From Polyangiales bacterium (lineage in GTDB: Bacteria > Myxococcota_A > Polyangia > Polyangiales > Ga0077539), in the NCBI GenBank assembly GCA_044229975.1, contig JBGARZ010000001.1:288001-352000 (forward strand): a stretch of DNA of 64,000 nucleotides, given 5' to 3'. Each line of letters starts with the position of its first letter. Position 1 is the first letter of the stretch. Positions 27,171 through 36,636 of this stretch are shown here, in pieces. Both the position numbers and the translations under genes were made by a program. The notes beneath the pieces are model-generated. The model worked only from the letters and a program-made list of their open reading frames with translations, did not search any database and was not told where the DNA came from.

Positions 27171-28094
27171 TCAGATGCCCGCGTCCGTCGCGCGCGTCCA
27201 ACCCGATCCCGCCATCATCACCGACCCGATGCGGCGCCACTGCCCGCGCACGATGTCCGTCAGCCCGAACGCCTCCAGCATCGAGCCCACCGTCTCGCCT
27301 TCGAGGTCCGCCGCTACCGCCGACAGCTCCTCCGCGATGCTCGTCCGCAACACCGGCCGCTGGACGTTGTGCGCCACGATCGCCGGCGTCATCGCGTCGA
27401 CCTCCGCCCACGCCACGCGCCGCCCCCGCTTCGCGCCGCCCGACTCCGTCCCCTCCAGCGCCTTCGCCACGCCGGCGCCCCAGCGCTTGCCGATGGCCTT
27501 CGCGGTGTCCTCGCTCTTCAGCCGCTCGGCGATGCGCTGCTGCACGCTCGTCATCGCGCCATCGACGAAGTCCCCGACCTTGTCCATGAGCTGCCGCTGG
27601 ATCTCCTCCCCGACGCCACCCAGCACCTTGCCCGCCGCCTTCGCGCCGAAGGACAGCGCGCCCCGCAGCATCCCGCCACCGACCGCCGCCGCCGCACCGC
27701 CGCCCGACCCCGCCTTCTGCACGAACGACGTCAGCGCCTCGGTGAGCGTCGCCTTCACGCCGTCGCGCACCTTCTCGCTCGCCACGAGCTCGTCGACCAC
27801 CTTCGGCGGCAACGGCCGCGGACGACTCGCGCGCTCGACGATCTTCGTCGCGACCTCTTCGGGCAGCCAGTCGCGGAGCTTCACCTCGCTCTTCGCCGCG
27901 CGGTCGAGGATGCGATCGCGGAGCGGGACCATCAGACGGGAGTTCCAGTGCGCGACGCGCTCGGGATCGGAGACGGCGTCGAGGGTGGCGAGGAAGGACT
28001 CCGGCTCGAAGAGCACCCCGACGGGCAACGCGCAGAGGCGGTCGAAGGAGTCGTCGAGGAGGGCGATGGTGGTGTCGTCGGCGAGGGCGCTCAT
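27171..28094 (-). CDS. Hypothetical helical protein
   Basis: ATG 28094 with TACAAC 8 nt upstream; GC3-biased; directly upstream of hemH. Confidence 0.65.
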   Translation of the reverse strand: MSALADDTTIALLDDSFDRLCALPVGVLFEPESFLATLDAVSDPERVAHWNSRLMVPLRDRILDRAAKSEVKLRDWLPEEVATKIVERASRPRPLPPKVVDELVASEKVRDGVKATLTEALTSFVQKAGSGGGAAAAVGGGMLRGALSFGAKAAGKVLGGVGEEIQRQLMDKVGDFVDGAMTSVQQRIAERLKSEDTAKAIGKRWGAGVAKALEGTESGGAKRGRRVAWAEVDAMTPAIVAHNVQRPVLRTSIAEELSAVAADLEGETVGSMLEAFGLTDIVRGQWRRIGSVMMAGSGWTRATDAGI

Positions 28095-28119
28095 GGCCCG
28101 CGGTTGTACCGCAGGACCG

Positions 28120-28845
28120 CTACCGCGCGCGACGCACCTCTCCGCCGAACGCGTACCGCAGCCCCACCGTCGGCGCGACGATGAAGGCGTTGTTCGACGC
28201 GCTGTACCCGAGGAATACCGGCACATCGAGCAGCACGTCGAAGCGCTCGCTGGCGTGCACCGCGAAGCCGCCGTTGACGGCAAGGTACGCCGTCGTGAGG
28301 AAGCGCCGGTCCCCATCCCCCGTGAGCTCCGCACCCGCGGGCACCGCGAAGGGGACGCTCAGCGCCACCGCCGCACCCGCGTAGGGCTCGAAGACCCCGC
28401 TGCCCGGACGCCACGACGTGCGGAGGCCCACGTCGATGGTTCCGTACGAGAGGGCGTTGTTGCTGCCGCCGCCGCCGAGCCCGAAGGTGAGCGCCGTGCT
28501 CTCGGTGCCGCCGGGGTTGATCTGCGCGTGCAGCCGCCCCGCGTAGAGCGTACGCGGTGATGCCTGCACCGAGCTCGGGTTGGGGGTCGCGCCCGCGATG
28601 CCATCGACGCCCATCGCCACCGAGTCGCTGAGCCGGTGCGCGATGCGGGCGCCGCCGCCGAGCGAGGGCTCGATGAAGGGTCCGCCCATGACACCACCGA
28701 AGGCCGTGACCGCCGTACCGCCGATGGGCCCCTGCGACGCGCCGCCCAACCCCATGAGCGACGGCGGAGGCGAGACCGTCGCACAGCCTGCGAGCGGAGC
28801 GAGGAGCAGCCACGCAGAACCGAGAGATCGCTTCGAGGTGTTCAT
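28120..28845 (-). CDS. Hypothetical lipoprotein/outer-membrane beta-strand protein
   Basis: GGAGG then ATG 28845; LAGC lipobox; alternating Gly/aromatic strands ending GLRYAF. Confidence 0.65.
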   Translation of the reverse strand: MNTSKRSLGSAWLLLAPLAGCATVSPPPSLMGLGGASQGPIGGTAVTAFGGVMGGPFIEPSLGGGARIAHRLSDSVAMGVDGIAGATPNPSSVQASPRTLYAGRLHAQINPGGTESTALTFGLGGGGSNNALSYGTIDVGLRTSWRPGSGVFEPYAGAAVALSVPFAVPAGAELTGDGDRRFLTTAYLAVNGGFAVHASERFDVLLDVPVFLGYSASNNAFIVAPTVGLRYAFGGEVRRAR

Positions 28846-28860
28846 GGGAGACCTCCCATC

Positions 28861-28875
28861 GCAACGCATGTGCCG
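28861..28875 (-). promoter_or_regulatory. Putative sigma54 (-24/-12) promoter
   Basis: CGGCAC-ATGCG-TTGC immediately upstream of the SD of the 28845 gene. Confidence 0.55.
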
Positions 28876-28994
28876 CACGCCGAAGGCCGCACCACCCGAC
28901 GCTTCTCCCGTGTGGTCACCGGCCACTCAGACCGCCAGTCGGCCAGCGCGCGAGCCTGCGACGACACCCGCGCAGTGCGTAGCCCGCGAGGCGG

Positions 28995-30299
28995 TCAGCC
29001 GTGTAGTTCTTTTGCGCGCAGGGCGAGGCCGCTTGCCACGCTGGTGAGCTCGTCGCCCGCCCGCAGCCGGTCTTCGCCGAAGCGGTCGACGAAGATCTTC
29101 CGCACCGCCGGCACCATGGACGTGCCGCCGGTGAGAAACACCCGGTCGATCTCCGCGGCCTTCACCCCGGTGCTCGCCAACAACCGATCGATGCACCCGC
29201 GCAGCAGGTCGAGGTCGCCGCGAATCCATCGCTCGAAGTCCGCGCGCGCCACCGGCACCTCGATGTCCACGGGCGCGTCGACGAAGCGCAACGCGACCTG
29301 GTCCTCGCGCGAGAGCTTCACCTTGGTCCCTTCGACGACGCGGTGCAGGTCGAAGCCGAGGTCGTCTTCCACGAGGTGCAGCAGCGCCGAGAGCGCCGTC
29401 CGATCGGGGCTCTGGTCCCGCATCTCCTGGATGAACCGCAGCGTCTCGCGGCTCCGCAGAAACGACAGGTGGTGCCACCGCCGCACGCGCTCGTAGAGCC
29501 ACGAGGGCACCGCGATGTCCTTGCCGTCGAGGTACGAGCGATACATCGACCCCTTGCCGAGCCGCGGCGACACCACGGCGTCGACGATCTCGCCGTCGAA
29601 CACATCCCCCGCGAGCCCGACGCCCTCCGTCCCGAGGATGCGCGACGCCGACGCGGTCTTCTTCGCGCCGGGCCCCACGCGTACGAGACAGAAGTCGCTC
29701 GTGCCGCCGCCGAAGTCCCCGATGAGCACGAGCTCGTCGTGGTCGAGGCGCGACTCGTAGAAGTACGCCGCGCCCACGGGCTCGTACTCGAAGACGACAT
29801 CCTCCAGGCCCGCGAGCGCCAGCGACGCGCGCAGCCGATCGAGCGCCCGCGCCTCGTCCTCGGGCGTGTCGGCGTTGGAGAACTTCACCGGACGCCCCAC
29901 CACCACGCCGCGCACCACCGACGTCGGGTCACCCAGCGCCGTCCCGCACTGCTGCCGGATGCCGCGGAGGATGAGCGCGATGAGCGCTTCGAGCGTGTAG
30001 CTCTTCTCGAAGACCACGGTCGATCGCAGGAGGTCGGTCGCGAGGTACGACTTCAACGACTGGATGAGCCGCCCCGGCGAGACCGCGTCGCGATAGCGCT
30101 CCAGCGCCTGGGGCCCGGCGTGGGCGCGAACGCCCGACTTCGGATCGAGGTCCGTCGGGTCGAAGAAGAGCACCGAGCGGAAGGTGCTGCTCGGCCCCTC
30201 CCGCGTCTCGAAGCGAACGAGCTCCGACTGCCCGTCACGACCGGCGAGGGCGAGTGCGCTGTTGGTGGTTCCGAAATCGAGGCCGATGAAGCGCTCCAT
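28995..30299 (-). CDS. yegD: Hsp70-family protein, YegD-like
   Basis: IGLDFGTTNS, RLIQSLKSYL, VVGRPVKF, YEPVGAA, DFGGGTSDF, VFLTGGTS; no substrate-binding domain. Confidence 0.88.
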   Translation of the reverse strand: MERFIGLDFGTTNSALALAGRDGQSELVRFETREGPSSTFRSVLFFDPTDLDPKSGVRAHAGPQALERYRDAVSPGRLIQSLKSYLATDLLRSTVVFEKSYTLEALIALILRGIRQQCGTALGDPTSVVRGVVVGRPVKFSNADTPEDEARALDRLRASLALAGLEDVVFEYEPVGAAYFYESRLDHDELVLIGDFGGGTSDFCLVRVGPGAKKTASASRILGTEGVGLAGDVFDGEIVDAVVSPRLGKGSMYRSYLDGKDIAVPSWLYERVRRWHHLSFLRSRETLRFIQEMRDQSPDRTALSALLHLVEDDLGFDLHRVVEGTKVKLSREDQVALRFVDAPVDIEVPVARADFERWIRGDLDLLRGCIDRLLASTGVKAAEIDRVFLTGGTSMVPAVRKIFVDRFGEDRLRAGDELTSVASGLALRAKELHG

Positions 30300-30433
30300 G
30301 GGGGTGATCGCTCTCCTTCGCGTGCTCTCGTCACGTCCCGTCGTGACGGTAGGGGGCGGGCGGGATAGCCCAAGCGCCCCGCGGTGGGCAACACCCCGCG
30401 TCGTGATGTGCGCTACCTTCGCCGACCTCCGTC

Positions 30434-30778
30434 ATGCGCCTGCGCTCCGTCACCCTCAGCTTCGGTTGTTGCCTCGCGGGCGCCCTCGTCGCGCTCCAAC
30501 CCTCCGGCGTCGACGCGCAGCACTCCGGCGGCAGCTTCGGCGGATCACGTTGGGGCAGCGGCTCCACCGCCCCGACACCCCCGCCGCGCCCCACCAAGAC
30601 CTGGGGGCAGAAGACCGGCGGCGTGTCGCGACCGACCCCCTACGGGAGCACCTACGACCCCAACCGCAACCGCCCCGCGAGCGGCGGCGGTGAGTGCGCG
30701 GCCTCCCTCGCGATGATCACCATGGGCCTCGTCGGCGGCCTCGTCGCCACCCGACGAGCGCGCAATCGACGACCCTGA
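30434..30778 (+). CDS. Small secreted/membrane protein, Gly/Pro-rich
   Basis: Signal peptide ending DAQ; HSGGSFGGSRW; C-terminal Cys, hydrophobic helix, Arg tail. Confidence 0.5.
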   Translation: MRLRSVTLSFGCCLAGALVALQPSGVDAQHSGGSFGGSRWGSGSTAPTPPPRPTKTWGQKTGGVSRPTPYGSTYDPNRNRPASGGGECAASLAMITMGLVGGLVATRRARNRRP

Positions 30779-30801
30779 CCATCGACCCCATCGTCACCGC
30801 C

Positions 30802-31416
30802 GTGAGCATCACCCTCGACCGCGTCGCCCGCGCCCTCCACAGCCCCACCGACCGCTGGACCTACGAGGGCGAGGTTCGCTGGCGCGCCGCCGTCGCGGTG
30901 ATCCTGCGCGAGCGATCGGGCGTCGTGGAGGTGCTGGTGATCCGCCGCGCCGAGCGCGCAGGAGACCGCTGGTCGGGTCAGGCCGCGCTGCCCGGCGGCA
31001 AGGTCGACGCGGCCGACGCGACCATCGACGACACGGCCGTCCGCGAGACCTTCGAGGAGGTGGGCCTCGACCTGCGTGCGCTCGGCGCCCGCCGCCTCGG
31101 GCAGCTCAACGACCACCCCGGGCTCAAGCAACGGAGCTGGGCGCGGTTCACCGTCGTCCCGGTCGTCTACGCCATCGAGGGTGACCCCGCGATGACCCTC
31201 AACGGGCGCGAGGTCGCCGAGGCGATGTGGGTGCCGCTCGACGAGGTGCAGCGCACGCAGGGCTCGATGCTGTGGTGGTTTCGGCCGGTGAAGGCCATCC
31301 CGGTGAAGCTCCCGATGCGGCTGCCGCGCTGGCAGTGGCGCGGGCTCACCATCTGGGGCCTGACCTACGGGATGTTGCGGGAGCTGGTGGAGAGGGCGGA
31401 GGCCGCGGCGCCCTGA
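30802..31416 (+). CDS. Nudix hydrolase (CoA pyrophosphatase/NudL-like)
   Basis: RAAVAVIL, WSGQAALPGGK, AVRETFEEVG Nudix box, IWGLT; start approximate. Confidence 0.88.
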   Translation: MSITLDRVARALHSPTDRWTYEGEVRWRAAVAVILRERSGVVEVLVIRRAERAGDRWSGQAALPGGKVDAADATIDDTAVRETFEEVGLDLRALGARRLGQLNDHPGLKQRSWARFTVVPVVYAIEGDPAMTLNGREVAEAMWVPLDEVQRTQGSMLWWFRPVKAIPVKLPMRLPRWQWRGLTIWGLTYGMLRELVERAEAAAP

Positions 31417-31419
31417 GCC

Positions 31420-31435
31420 CCACCCGATCGGGTGG
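31420..31435. terminator. Perfect 16-bp palindrome between convergent genes
   Basis: CCACCCGATCGGGTGG is its own reverse complement and lies just after the Nudix stop; no U-tract. Confidence 0.4.
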
Positions 31436-31460
31436 AGCCCAGGTCAGCTCGCGAGGGTCG

Positions 31461-34400
31461 TCACTTCTTCGAGCGACGACGGCGGAGCGCGGGGATCGCC
31501 ACCGCGAGGGCGCCGAGCGCCAGCAGACCCAGGCCGTTGGCGTCGTTGGAGCCCGGGTTCACCGTGCACGAGAAGCCGTCGCCCTGGTAGCTGTACCGCG
31601 CGGCCACGGCGCCGCCGTCGGTGGCCACGCCCGCGTCACCGCGCGCCACGCACATCCCGATGGAGGTGTTGCACACCGGCAGGCCCGGCATCGTGCAGTT
31701 GGCGTCCGCGCTGGCCGACGGGAGCATCGCGTTGATGCGCGCCGCGCCATCTTCGCGCGGGTCGTTGTCGGGCACGCAGTCGTTGTCCGAGTCGCGGTCG
31801 AGGAAGTCCGGTCCGTCGCCGGTGGCCGTGCCGCCGTCGGTGTTGGCGGGCGTCATCGGGTTCGCGCCGGCTTCGTCGCGGTCGAGGTCCATGTCCCCAT
31901 CCGAGTCGAGGTCGCGGTACGACGGCAGGCCGTCCATGTCGGCATCATCGTCGGGCGTGGTGTCGAGCGTGCGCTCCACCGCCGTCGGGATGGTGTCGTT
32001 GTCGTCGTCCGGATCGAGCCAGTCCGGGTTGTCCATCATGTCCGTGTTGCGCGGAGACATGAACCCGCCGCTGCCCACTTCATCGCGGGTCGGCACGGTG
32101 TCGTTGTCGTCGTCGGGGTCACGGGCGTCGATCATCCCGTCCATGTCCGAGTCGCGCGGGGTGGTCACGCCGCCCGGCCCGATCTCGTCGCCGTCGCGGA
32201 TGGAGTCGCCGTCCGTGTCGGGGTTGTCCGGGTTGGTCCCGATGCGGGTCTCGTCGGCGTCGGGGATGCCGTCGCCGTCGCGGTCGCCGGGCGCGCCGCA
32301 GGTGCCCGAGATGCGGTTGCAGACCATGCCCGCGCCGCAGTTGGTGTCCGGGTTGACCGACGGGAGCATGGCGTTGGTGCGGGCGGCGCCGTCCTCACGC
32401 GGGTCGTTGTCCGTGATGCAGTCGTTGTCCGAGTCGCGGTCGAGGAAGTCCGGACCGTCGGTGCTCCCGGTGGCCATGTCCGTGTTGACCGGCGTCGCGG
32501 GCGCGGGGCCCGCCTCGTCGCGGTCGAGGTCCATGTCACCGTCCGAGTCGAGGTCGCGGTACGACGGCAGGCCGTCGGTGTCGAAGTCGTCGTCCGGCGT
32601 CATGTCGAGCATGCGCTCGACGCGCGTCGGGATGGTGTCGTTGTCGTCGTCCGGATCGAGCCAGTCCGGGTTGTCCATCATGTCGGTGTTGCGCGGCGTC
32701 GCGAAGCCGCCCGGGCCCAGCTCGTCGCGGGTCGGCACGGTGTCGTTGTCGTCGTCCGGATCGAGCGGGTCGATCATCCCGTCCATGTCCGAGTCGCGCG
32801 GGGTGGTCACGCCGCCCGGCCCGAGCTCGTCGCCGTCGCGGATGGAGTCGCCGTCCGTGTCGGGGTTGTCCGGGTTGGTCCCGATGCGGGTCTCATCCAT
32901 GTCCGGGATGCCGTCGCCGTCGCGATCGCCGCCGCCCGGGCCGGTGCCGCAGGTGCCCGTCATCCGGTTGCACACCATGCCGGTGCCGCAGTTGGTGTTC
33001 GGGTCGAGCGAGGGGCGCGCCGGGTCGATGCGCGCGGTGCCGTCCTCGCGGGCGTCGCTGTCGGGCAGGCAGTCGTTGTCCGAGTCGCGGTCGAGGAAGT
33101 CGGGGCCGTCCGTGCTGCCCGTCGACGCGTCGCTGTTGGCGGGCGTCGCCGGCGAGCTGCCGGCCTCGACCGAGTCGAGGTCCATGTCCCCGTCGGAGTC
33201 GAGGTCGCGGTACGAGGGCGTACCGTCCATGTCGAAGTCGCGCCCGGCGGACATGTCGCGCGCCTGCTCGACGGCCGTCGGGATGGTGTCGTTGTCGTCG
33301 TCCGGGTCGAGCCAGTCGGGGTTGTCGACCATGTCGGTGTTGCGCGGCGACGCGAAGCCGCCGGTGCCCAGCTCGTCGCGGGTCGGGACGGTGTCGTTGT
33401 CGTCGTCGGGGTCGAGGTAGTCCGGGAAGGTGTCCGTGTCGCTGTTGCGCGGGCTCATGCCGCCGCCCGGCCCGAGCTCGTTGACCGTCGGGATGGTGTC
33501 GCCGTCGTCGTCGGGGTCACGGAAGTTGGGAACGCCGTCCATGTCCGTGTCGACCGTCGGCCCCTCGGTGAGGTCGGGGATGGTGTCCATGTCCGTGTCG
33601 ACGGTGGCGCACAGCATCGGGCTCACGGGCCGGAAGGAGATGCCGTCGATGGCGAAGTCGTTGCCCTGATCGGTGGGCTCGTTGTCCACCACCTGGAAGC
33701 TCGCCATGCCCGAGGCGGTGGGGCGATAGATGCCGCCGACGAAGTCCCAGAACATCTGGACGCCGTCCGAGGCGCGCAGCCGGAGCTGCGGCGTCACCGA
33801 GGTGCCGTTGACCGTCACCACGAGGAGGGCGGTGCGCTGCAGCGGACGGGCCGGGTTGAGCCCGCCCCAGTCGGCCACGTTGAACTGCACCACGTAGTCG
33901 CGCCCGGCCTCGACGAGCACGTTGGCCCGGTAGGCCGTGCGGACGCCGATGCCGTTGAAGAGCGCCGCGTAGCCGTCGCCGTTGGCGTCGGCCCAGGTCA
34001 CGGCGCCGACGGTGCGGAACACGCCGTTCCACCCCGACGGGTTGTTGGTGACGGTGAAGTTGCCCTCCGGGCCGCCGCCGCCGTAGCCGTCCACGAAGTT
34101 GCGCGAGTCGTCGTAGGTGTAGTCCGACGTGAAGCCCATGCGACCCATGATGAAGTCGCCGTTGGGCGCCAGGTTGGTCGTCGTGTCACGGCAGCCGTAG
34201 CCGAACTCCGTCACACAGGCCGGGCTGCAACCGTCGCCCGCACGCGTGTTGCCGTCGTCGCAGTCCTCACGGAAGCGACCGGCGCCCGCGCGGATCGAGT
34301 CACCACAGACCGCCACGCACGCGGAGCCCAGGGTCGCGCACGAGAAGCCCGGCTCGGTGATGCAGGTGGCGCCGCAGCCGTCGCCGCCTGCGGTGTTGCC

Positions 34401-34535
34401 GTCATCGCAGGTCTCACCCGCGTTCAGGATGCTGTTGCCGCAGCCAATCGGCTGGGCCTGCAGGACAGTGGGCGAGGCCACCGCCGCAATCACTCCTGCG
34501 AGCCCCCAGTGCCATCGGTGCAATCGTCGTCTCAT
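31461..34535 (-). CDS. Surface protein: Myxococcus Cys-rich repeats, a beta-sandwich domain, TSP3-like Ca-binding repeats and a MYXO-CTERM-like tail
   Basis: Signal ending AQ; two CGN/D..ExCDDGN...DGCS units; many DxDxDG.PD/DDDNDT motifs; C-terminal GFSC..helix-RRRRSKK. Confidence 0.9.
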   Translation of the reverse strand: MRRRLHRWHWGLAGVIAAVASPTVLQAQPIGCGNSILNAGETCDDGNTAGGDGCGATCITEPGFSCATLGSACVAVCGDSIRAGAGRFREDCDDGNTRAGDGCSPACVTEFGYGCRDTTTNLAPNGDFIMGRMGFTSDYTYDDSRNFVDGYGGGGPEGNFTVTNNPSGWNGVFRTVGAVTWADANGDGYAALFNGIGVRTAYRANVLVEAGRDYVVQFNVADWGGLNPARPLQRTALLVVTVNGTSVTPQLRLRASDGVQMFWDFVGGIYRPTASGMASFQVVDNEPTDQGNDFAIDGISFRPVSPMLCATVDTDMDTIPDLTEGPTVDTDMDGVPNFRDPDDDGDTIPTVNELGPGGGMSPRNSDTDTFPDYLDPDDDNDTVPTRDELGTGGFASPRNTDMVDNPDWLDPDDDNDTIPTAVEQARDMSAGRDFDMDGTPSYRDLDSDGDMDLDSVEAGSSPATPANSDASTGSTDGPDFLDRDSDNDCLPDSDAREDGTARIDPARPSLDPNTNCGTGMVCNRMTGTCGTGPGGGDRDGDGIPDMDETRIGTNPDNPDTDGDSIRDGDELGPGGVTTPRDSDMDGMIDPLDPDDDNDTVPTRDELGPGGFATPRNTDMMDNPDWLDPDDDNDTIPTRVERMLDMTPDDDFDTDGLPSYRDLDSDGDMDLDRDEAGPAPATPVNTDMATGSTDGPDFLDRDSDNDCITDNDPREDGAARTNAMLPSVNPDTNCGAGMVCNRISGTCGAPGDRDGDGIPDADETRIGTNPDNPDTDGDSIRDGDEIGPGGVTTPRDSDMDGMIDARDPDDDNDTVPTRDEVGSGGFMSPRNTDMMDNPDWLDPDDDNDTIPTAVERTLDTTPDDDADMDGLPSYRDLDSDGDMDLDRDEAGANPMTPANTDGGTATGDGPDFLDRDSDNDCVPDNDPREDGAARINAMLPSASADANCTMPGLPVCNTSIGMCVARGDAGVATDGGAVAARYSYQGDGFSCTVNPGSNDANGLGLLALGALAVAIPALRRRRSKK
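31650..33570 (-). repeat. Three intragenic tandem copies of a ~642-nt (214-aa) TSP3/Cys unit
   Basis: DRDGDGIPD..ETRIGTNPDNPDTDGDSIRDGDE starts at 32927 and at 32285 (period 642 nt); a more diverged copy lies upstream; ends approximate. Confidence 0.85.
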
Positions 34536-34639
34536 CACGCTTGAAGCCTCCACAAAGCGATGTTGCGCTGCCCTCTACGAGAACACAACGCGCTTCTCCC
34601 TCGCCAGTGACCGGCATTTGCTGCCGAGAATTTGGAGTT

Positions 34640-35938
34640 CTAGCGACGACCTGAAGGGCGACGCGCGCGGCGTCGGAGCAGCACCGAAAGGGCCCCCAGC
34701 ACCCACGCCGCGCCACCCCTCGACGGCCCCACGCGACAGCCACAACCGTCCGCGGGCGGAGGCGCCACCACCGCAGCCCCGTCGGTCGCCGCGTCGAGGC
34801 CGGCGTCGGCGCGACCGAGCGTCCGCTGCACCACGCTCCAGCGGCCGGGGCAGACGTCGCGGGAGAGCGTCCCCACGGGGCAGCGCGCGGGCGGACCACC
34901 GATGGCCGACGCCTCCAGCACCGTCGCAAACGCTCCATCACCATCGCCTCGCAGCAACAGCGCACCGCCGGGGACGTACGTCCGGCACGCCCACAGCGCG
35001 CCGTCGCTCCACCGCAGGCACTCCACCGGCGTGTCCGTCAACCGGGTCGGCGCCGCGCCGTCCGCGATGCGCCACACGCCATCATCGGGACCGCCGGCCC
35101 ACACCCGCTGACCATCGTCGGAGATGGCGAAGCCGCGCATCGGGCCGTTGGTTCGCAGCACCGCACGCACCGTCTCGCCGCCGTCGTCGCTGCGGAAGAG
35201 CACGCCCGATCCGTCGACGGAGCCCGCGTCCATGTCCTCGGGCGCGGCCGTCGCGCGGAGGTACACCACGTCGGCGTTGCGGCCATCGACGCCCGACACG
35301 TAGAGCCCCGTCGCGCCGCCGAAGCGCCCCGCCGCGCGCACCCAGTGGGCGCCGCCGTCGACGCTGCGGAAGAGCACCGGAGCGCCCGCGCTCACGCCGC
35401 TCGCGTAGAGGCGCATCGGGTCGGACGCGGCGACCTCGATGGTCTGGAGCGACACGCCGACGAAGCGCTCGCCGACGAACTCGAAGGTGAGCCCGTTGTC
35501 CGTCGAGCGGGCGACGCGGGAGTCGGGCGTGGCGTTGCGGGTGAGCGCGATGGCCCACGCGGTGCGGCCGTCGGGCGAGGCCGCGAGGTCGCGGATGGTG
35601 AGCGATTCGAGGTCGGGCTGGCGGCGGAAGGTGCAGCCGTTGCGGGTGGTGACGAGGCCGTCGTCGAGGGCAACGAGGAGCGTCCCGTCGGCGGTGTAGA
35701 TGAGCGGCGGGTCGTAGTTGTCGCCGTACTGGAGGGCGTCCTCGCACCAGTACTCCCAGCGGCGGCCGCCATCGACGCTGACCACGAGGCCGAAGGTGGC
35801 GCGCAGCACCATGAGCTCGCGGTTGCCCGCGGGCCCCTGGTGGAACTCCTGTGCGTTGGGGAAGCGACCGTTGGCGAGCGCGTCGCCGGTCGCGAGGAGG
35901 AGGAAGAGAGCGGCCGCGAGGGCGGCGCGGAGGATCAC
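34640..35938 (-). CDS. Secreted BNR/Asp-box beta-propeller protein with a MYXO-CTERM-like tail
   Basis: GTG coupled to the upstream stop (GTGA); signal then ANGRFP; Asp-boxes SVDGGRRW, STDNGLTF, SVDGGAHW, SDDGGET; GCGC..helix-RRR. Confidence 0.85.
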   Translation of the reverse strand: MILRAALAAALFLLLATGDALANGRFPNAQEFHQGPAGNRELMVLRATFGLVVSVDGGRRWEYWCEDALQYGDNYDPPLIYTADGTLLVALDDGLVTTRNGCTFRRQPDLESLTIRDLAASPDGRTAWAIALTRNATPDSRVARSTDNGLTFEFVGERFVGVSLQTIEVAASDPMRLYASGVSAGAPVLFRSVDGGAHWVRAAGRFGGATGLYVSGVDGRNADVVYLRATAAPEDMDAGSVDGSGVLFRSDDGGETVRAVLRTNGPMRGFAISDDGQRVWAGGPDDGVWRIADGAAPTRLTDTPVECLRWSDGALWACRTYVPGGALLLRGDGDGAFATVLEASAIGGPPARCPVGTLSRDVCPGRWSVVQRTLGRADAGLDAATDGAAVVAPPPADGCGCRVGPSRGGAAWVLGALSVLLRRRARRPSGRR

Positions 35939-36258
35939 ACCGAGAAGGAGCTGCCGCAGCCGCAGGTGCCCTTCACGTTCGGGTTGCCGAACTTGAAGCC
36001 CGCGCCGGAGAGGGACTCGACGTAGTCGATCTCGGTGTTTTCCAGGTACTGGATGGAGAGCGGATCGACGAAGAGCTGGATGCCCAGGCACTCCACGATC
36101 TGGTCCATGTCGGTGGGCTTCTCGTCGAAGTACAGGTCGTACTGGAAGCCCGAGCAGCCGCCGCCCTTGACCTGGAGCCGGAGCCCCTGGCCTTCGAGGC
36201 CCTCTGCCTTGGCGATCTCCTTGACCTTGTTCGCAGCGATCTCGGTGAGCGTGATCAT
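35935..36258 (-). CDS. A-type Fe-S carrier protein (HesB/IscA/ErpA family)
   Basis: GGGCSGFQY and NPNVKGTCGCGSSF; GAGGAG SD. Confidence 0.95.
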   Translation of the reverse strand: MITLTEIAANKVKEIAKAEGLEGQGLRLQVKGGGCSGFQYDLYFDEKPTDMDQIVECLGIQLFVDPLSIQYLENTEIDYVESLSGAGFKFGNPNVKGTCGCGSSFSV

Positions 36259-36345
36259 CGTCTCTCCTCTTCAACCGTGGCCGTCGCACCGCGACCGCCA
36301 ACGTCCGTGCTCTGTACCGCACGGCCCCACGACGGTCCAGCGACC

Positions 36346-36636
36346 TCACAACACCCGCAGCCGCACGACGCCCTCACCCGGCCCCACCCGGAGCTGGCAC
36401 CCGAGGCGAACCGTCTCTCGCTCCTTCAGGTACGTGAGCAATTCGTCCTCCCACTCGGTGCGCGGCTCGCACAGCTCCAGGCCCTCGGTCACCTCCAGCC
36501 GACAGATGCCGCAGTTGGCGTGCCTGCACGAAAACGGAACCCCCGCCTTGATGTCCCGATCACACGCTTCGAGCACCGACACCCCGTCGGGGTAATCCAC
36601 CACGAAGCCCGTCCGCTCGAACACCAGCCTCGGCAT
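36346..36636 (-). CDS. 2Fe-2S ferredoxin
   Basis: VPFSCRHANCGIC...RLGCQ; TGATG overlap with the upstream gene. Confidence 0.9.
   Translation of the reverse strand: MPRLVFERTGFVVDYPDGVSVLEACDRDIKAGVPFSCRHANCGICRLEVTEGLELCEPRTEWEDELLTYLKERETVRLGCQLRVGPGEGVVRLRVL

Noticed and set aside
31650..33570. Regular DNA repeats considered as a CRISPR array
   Set aside because: The repeats are in-frame coding units with a 642-nt period; no unique spacers and no cas genes
31227..34544. 1105-aa and 599-aa plus-strand ORFs over the TSP3 protein
   Set aside because: They mirror the minus-strand repeats (Val/Arg- or Ser-rich) and have no independent coding signal
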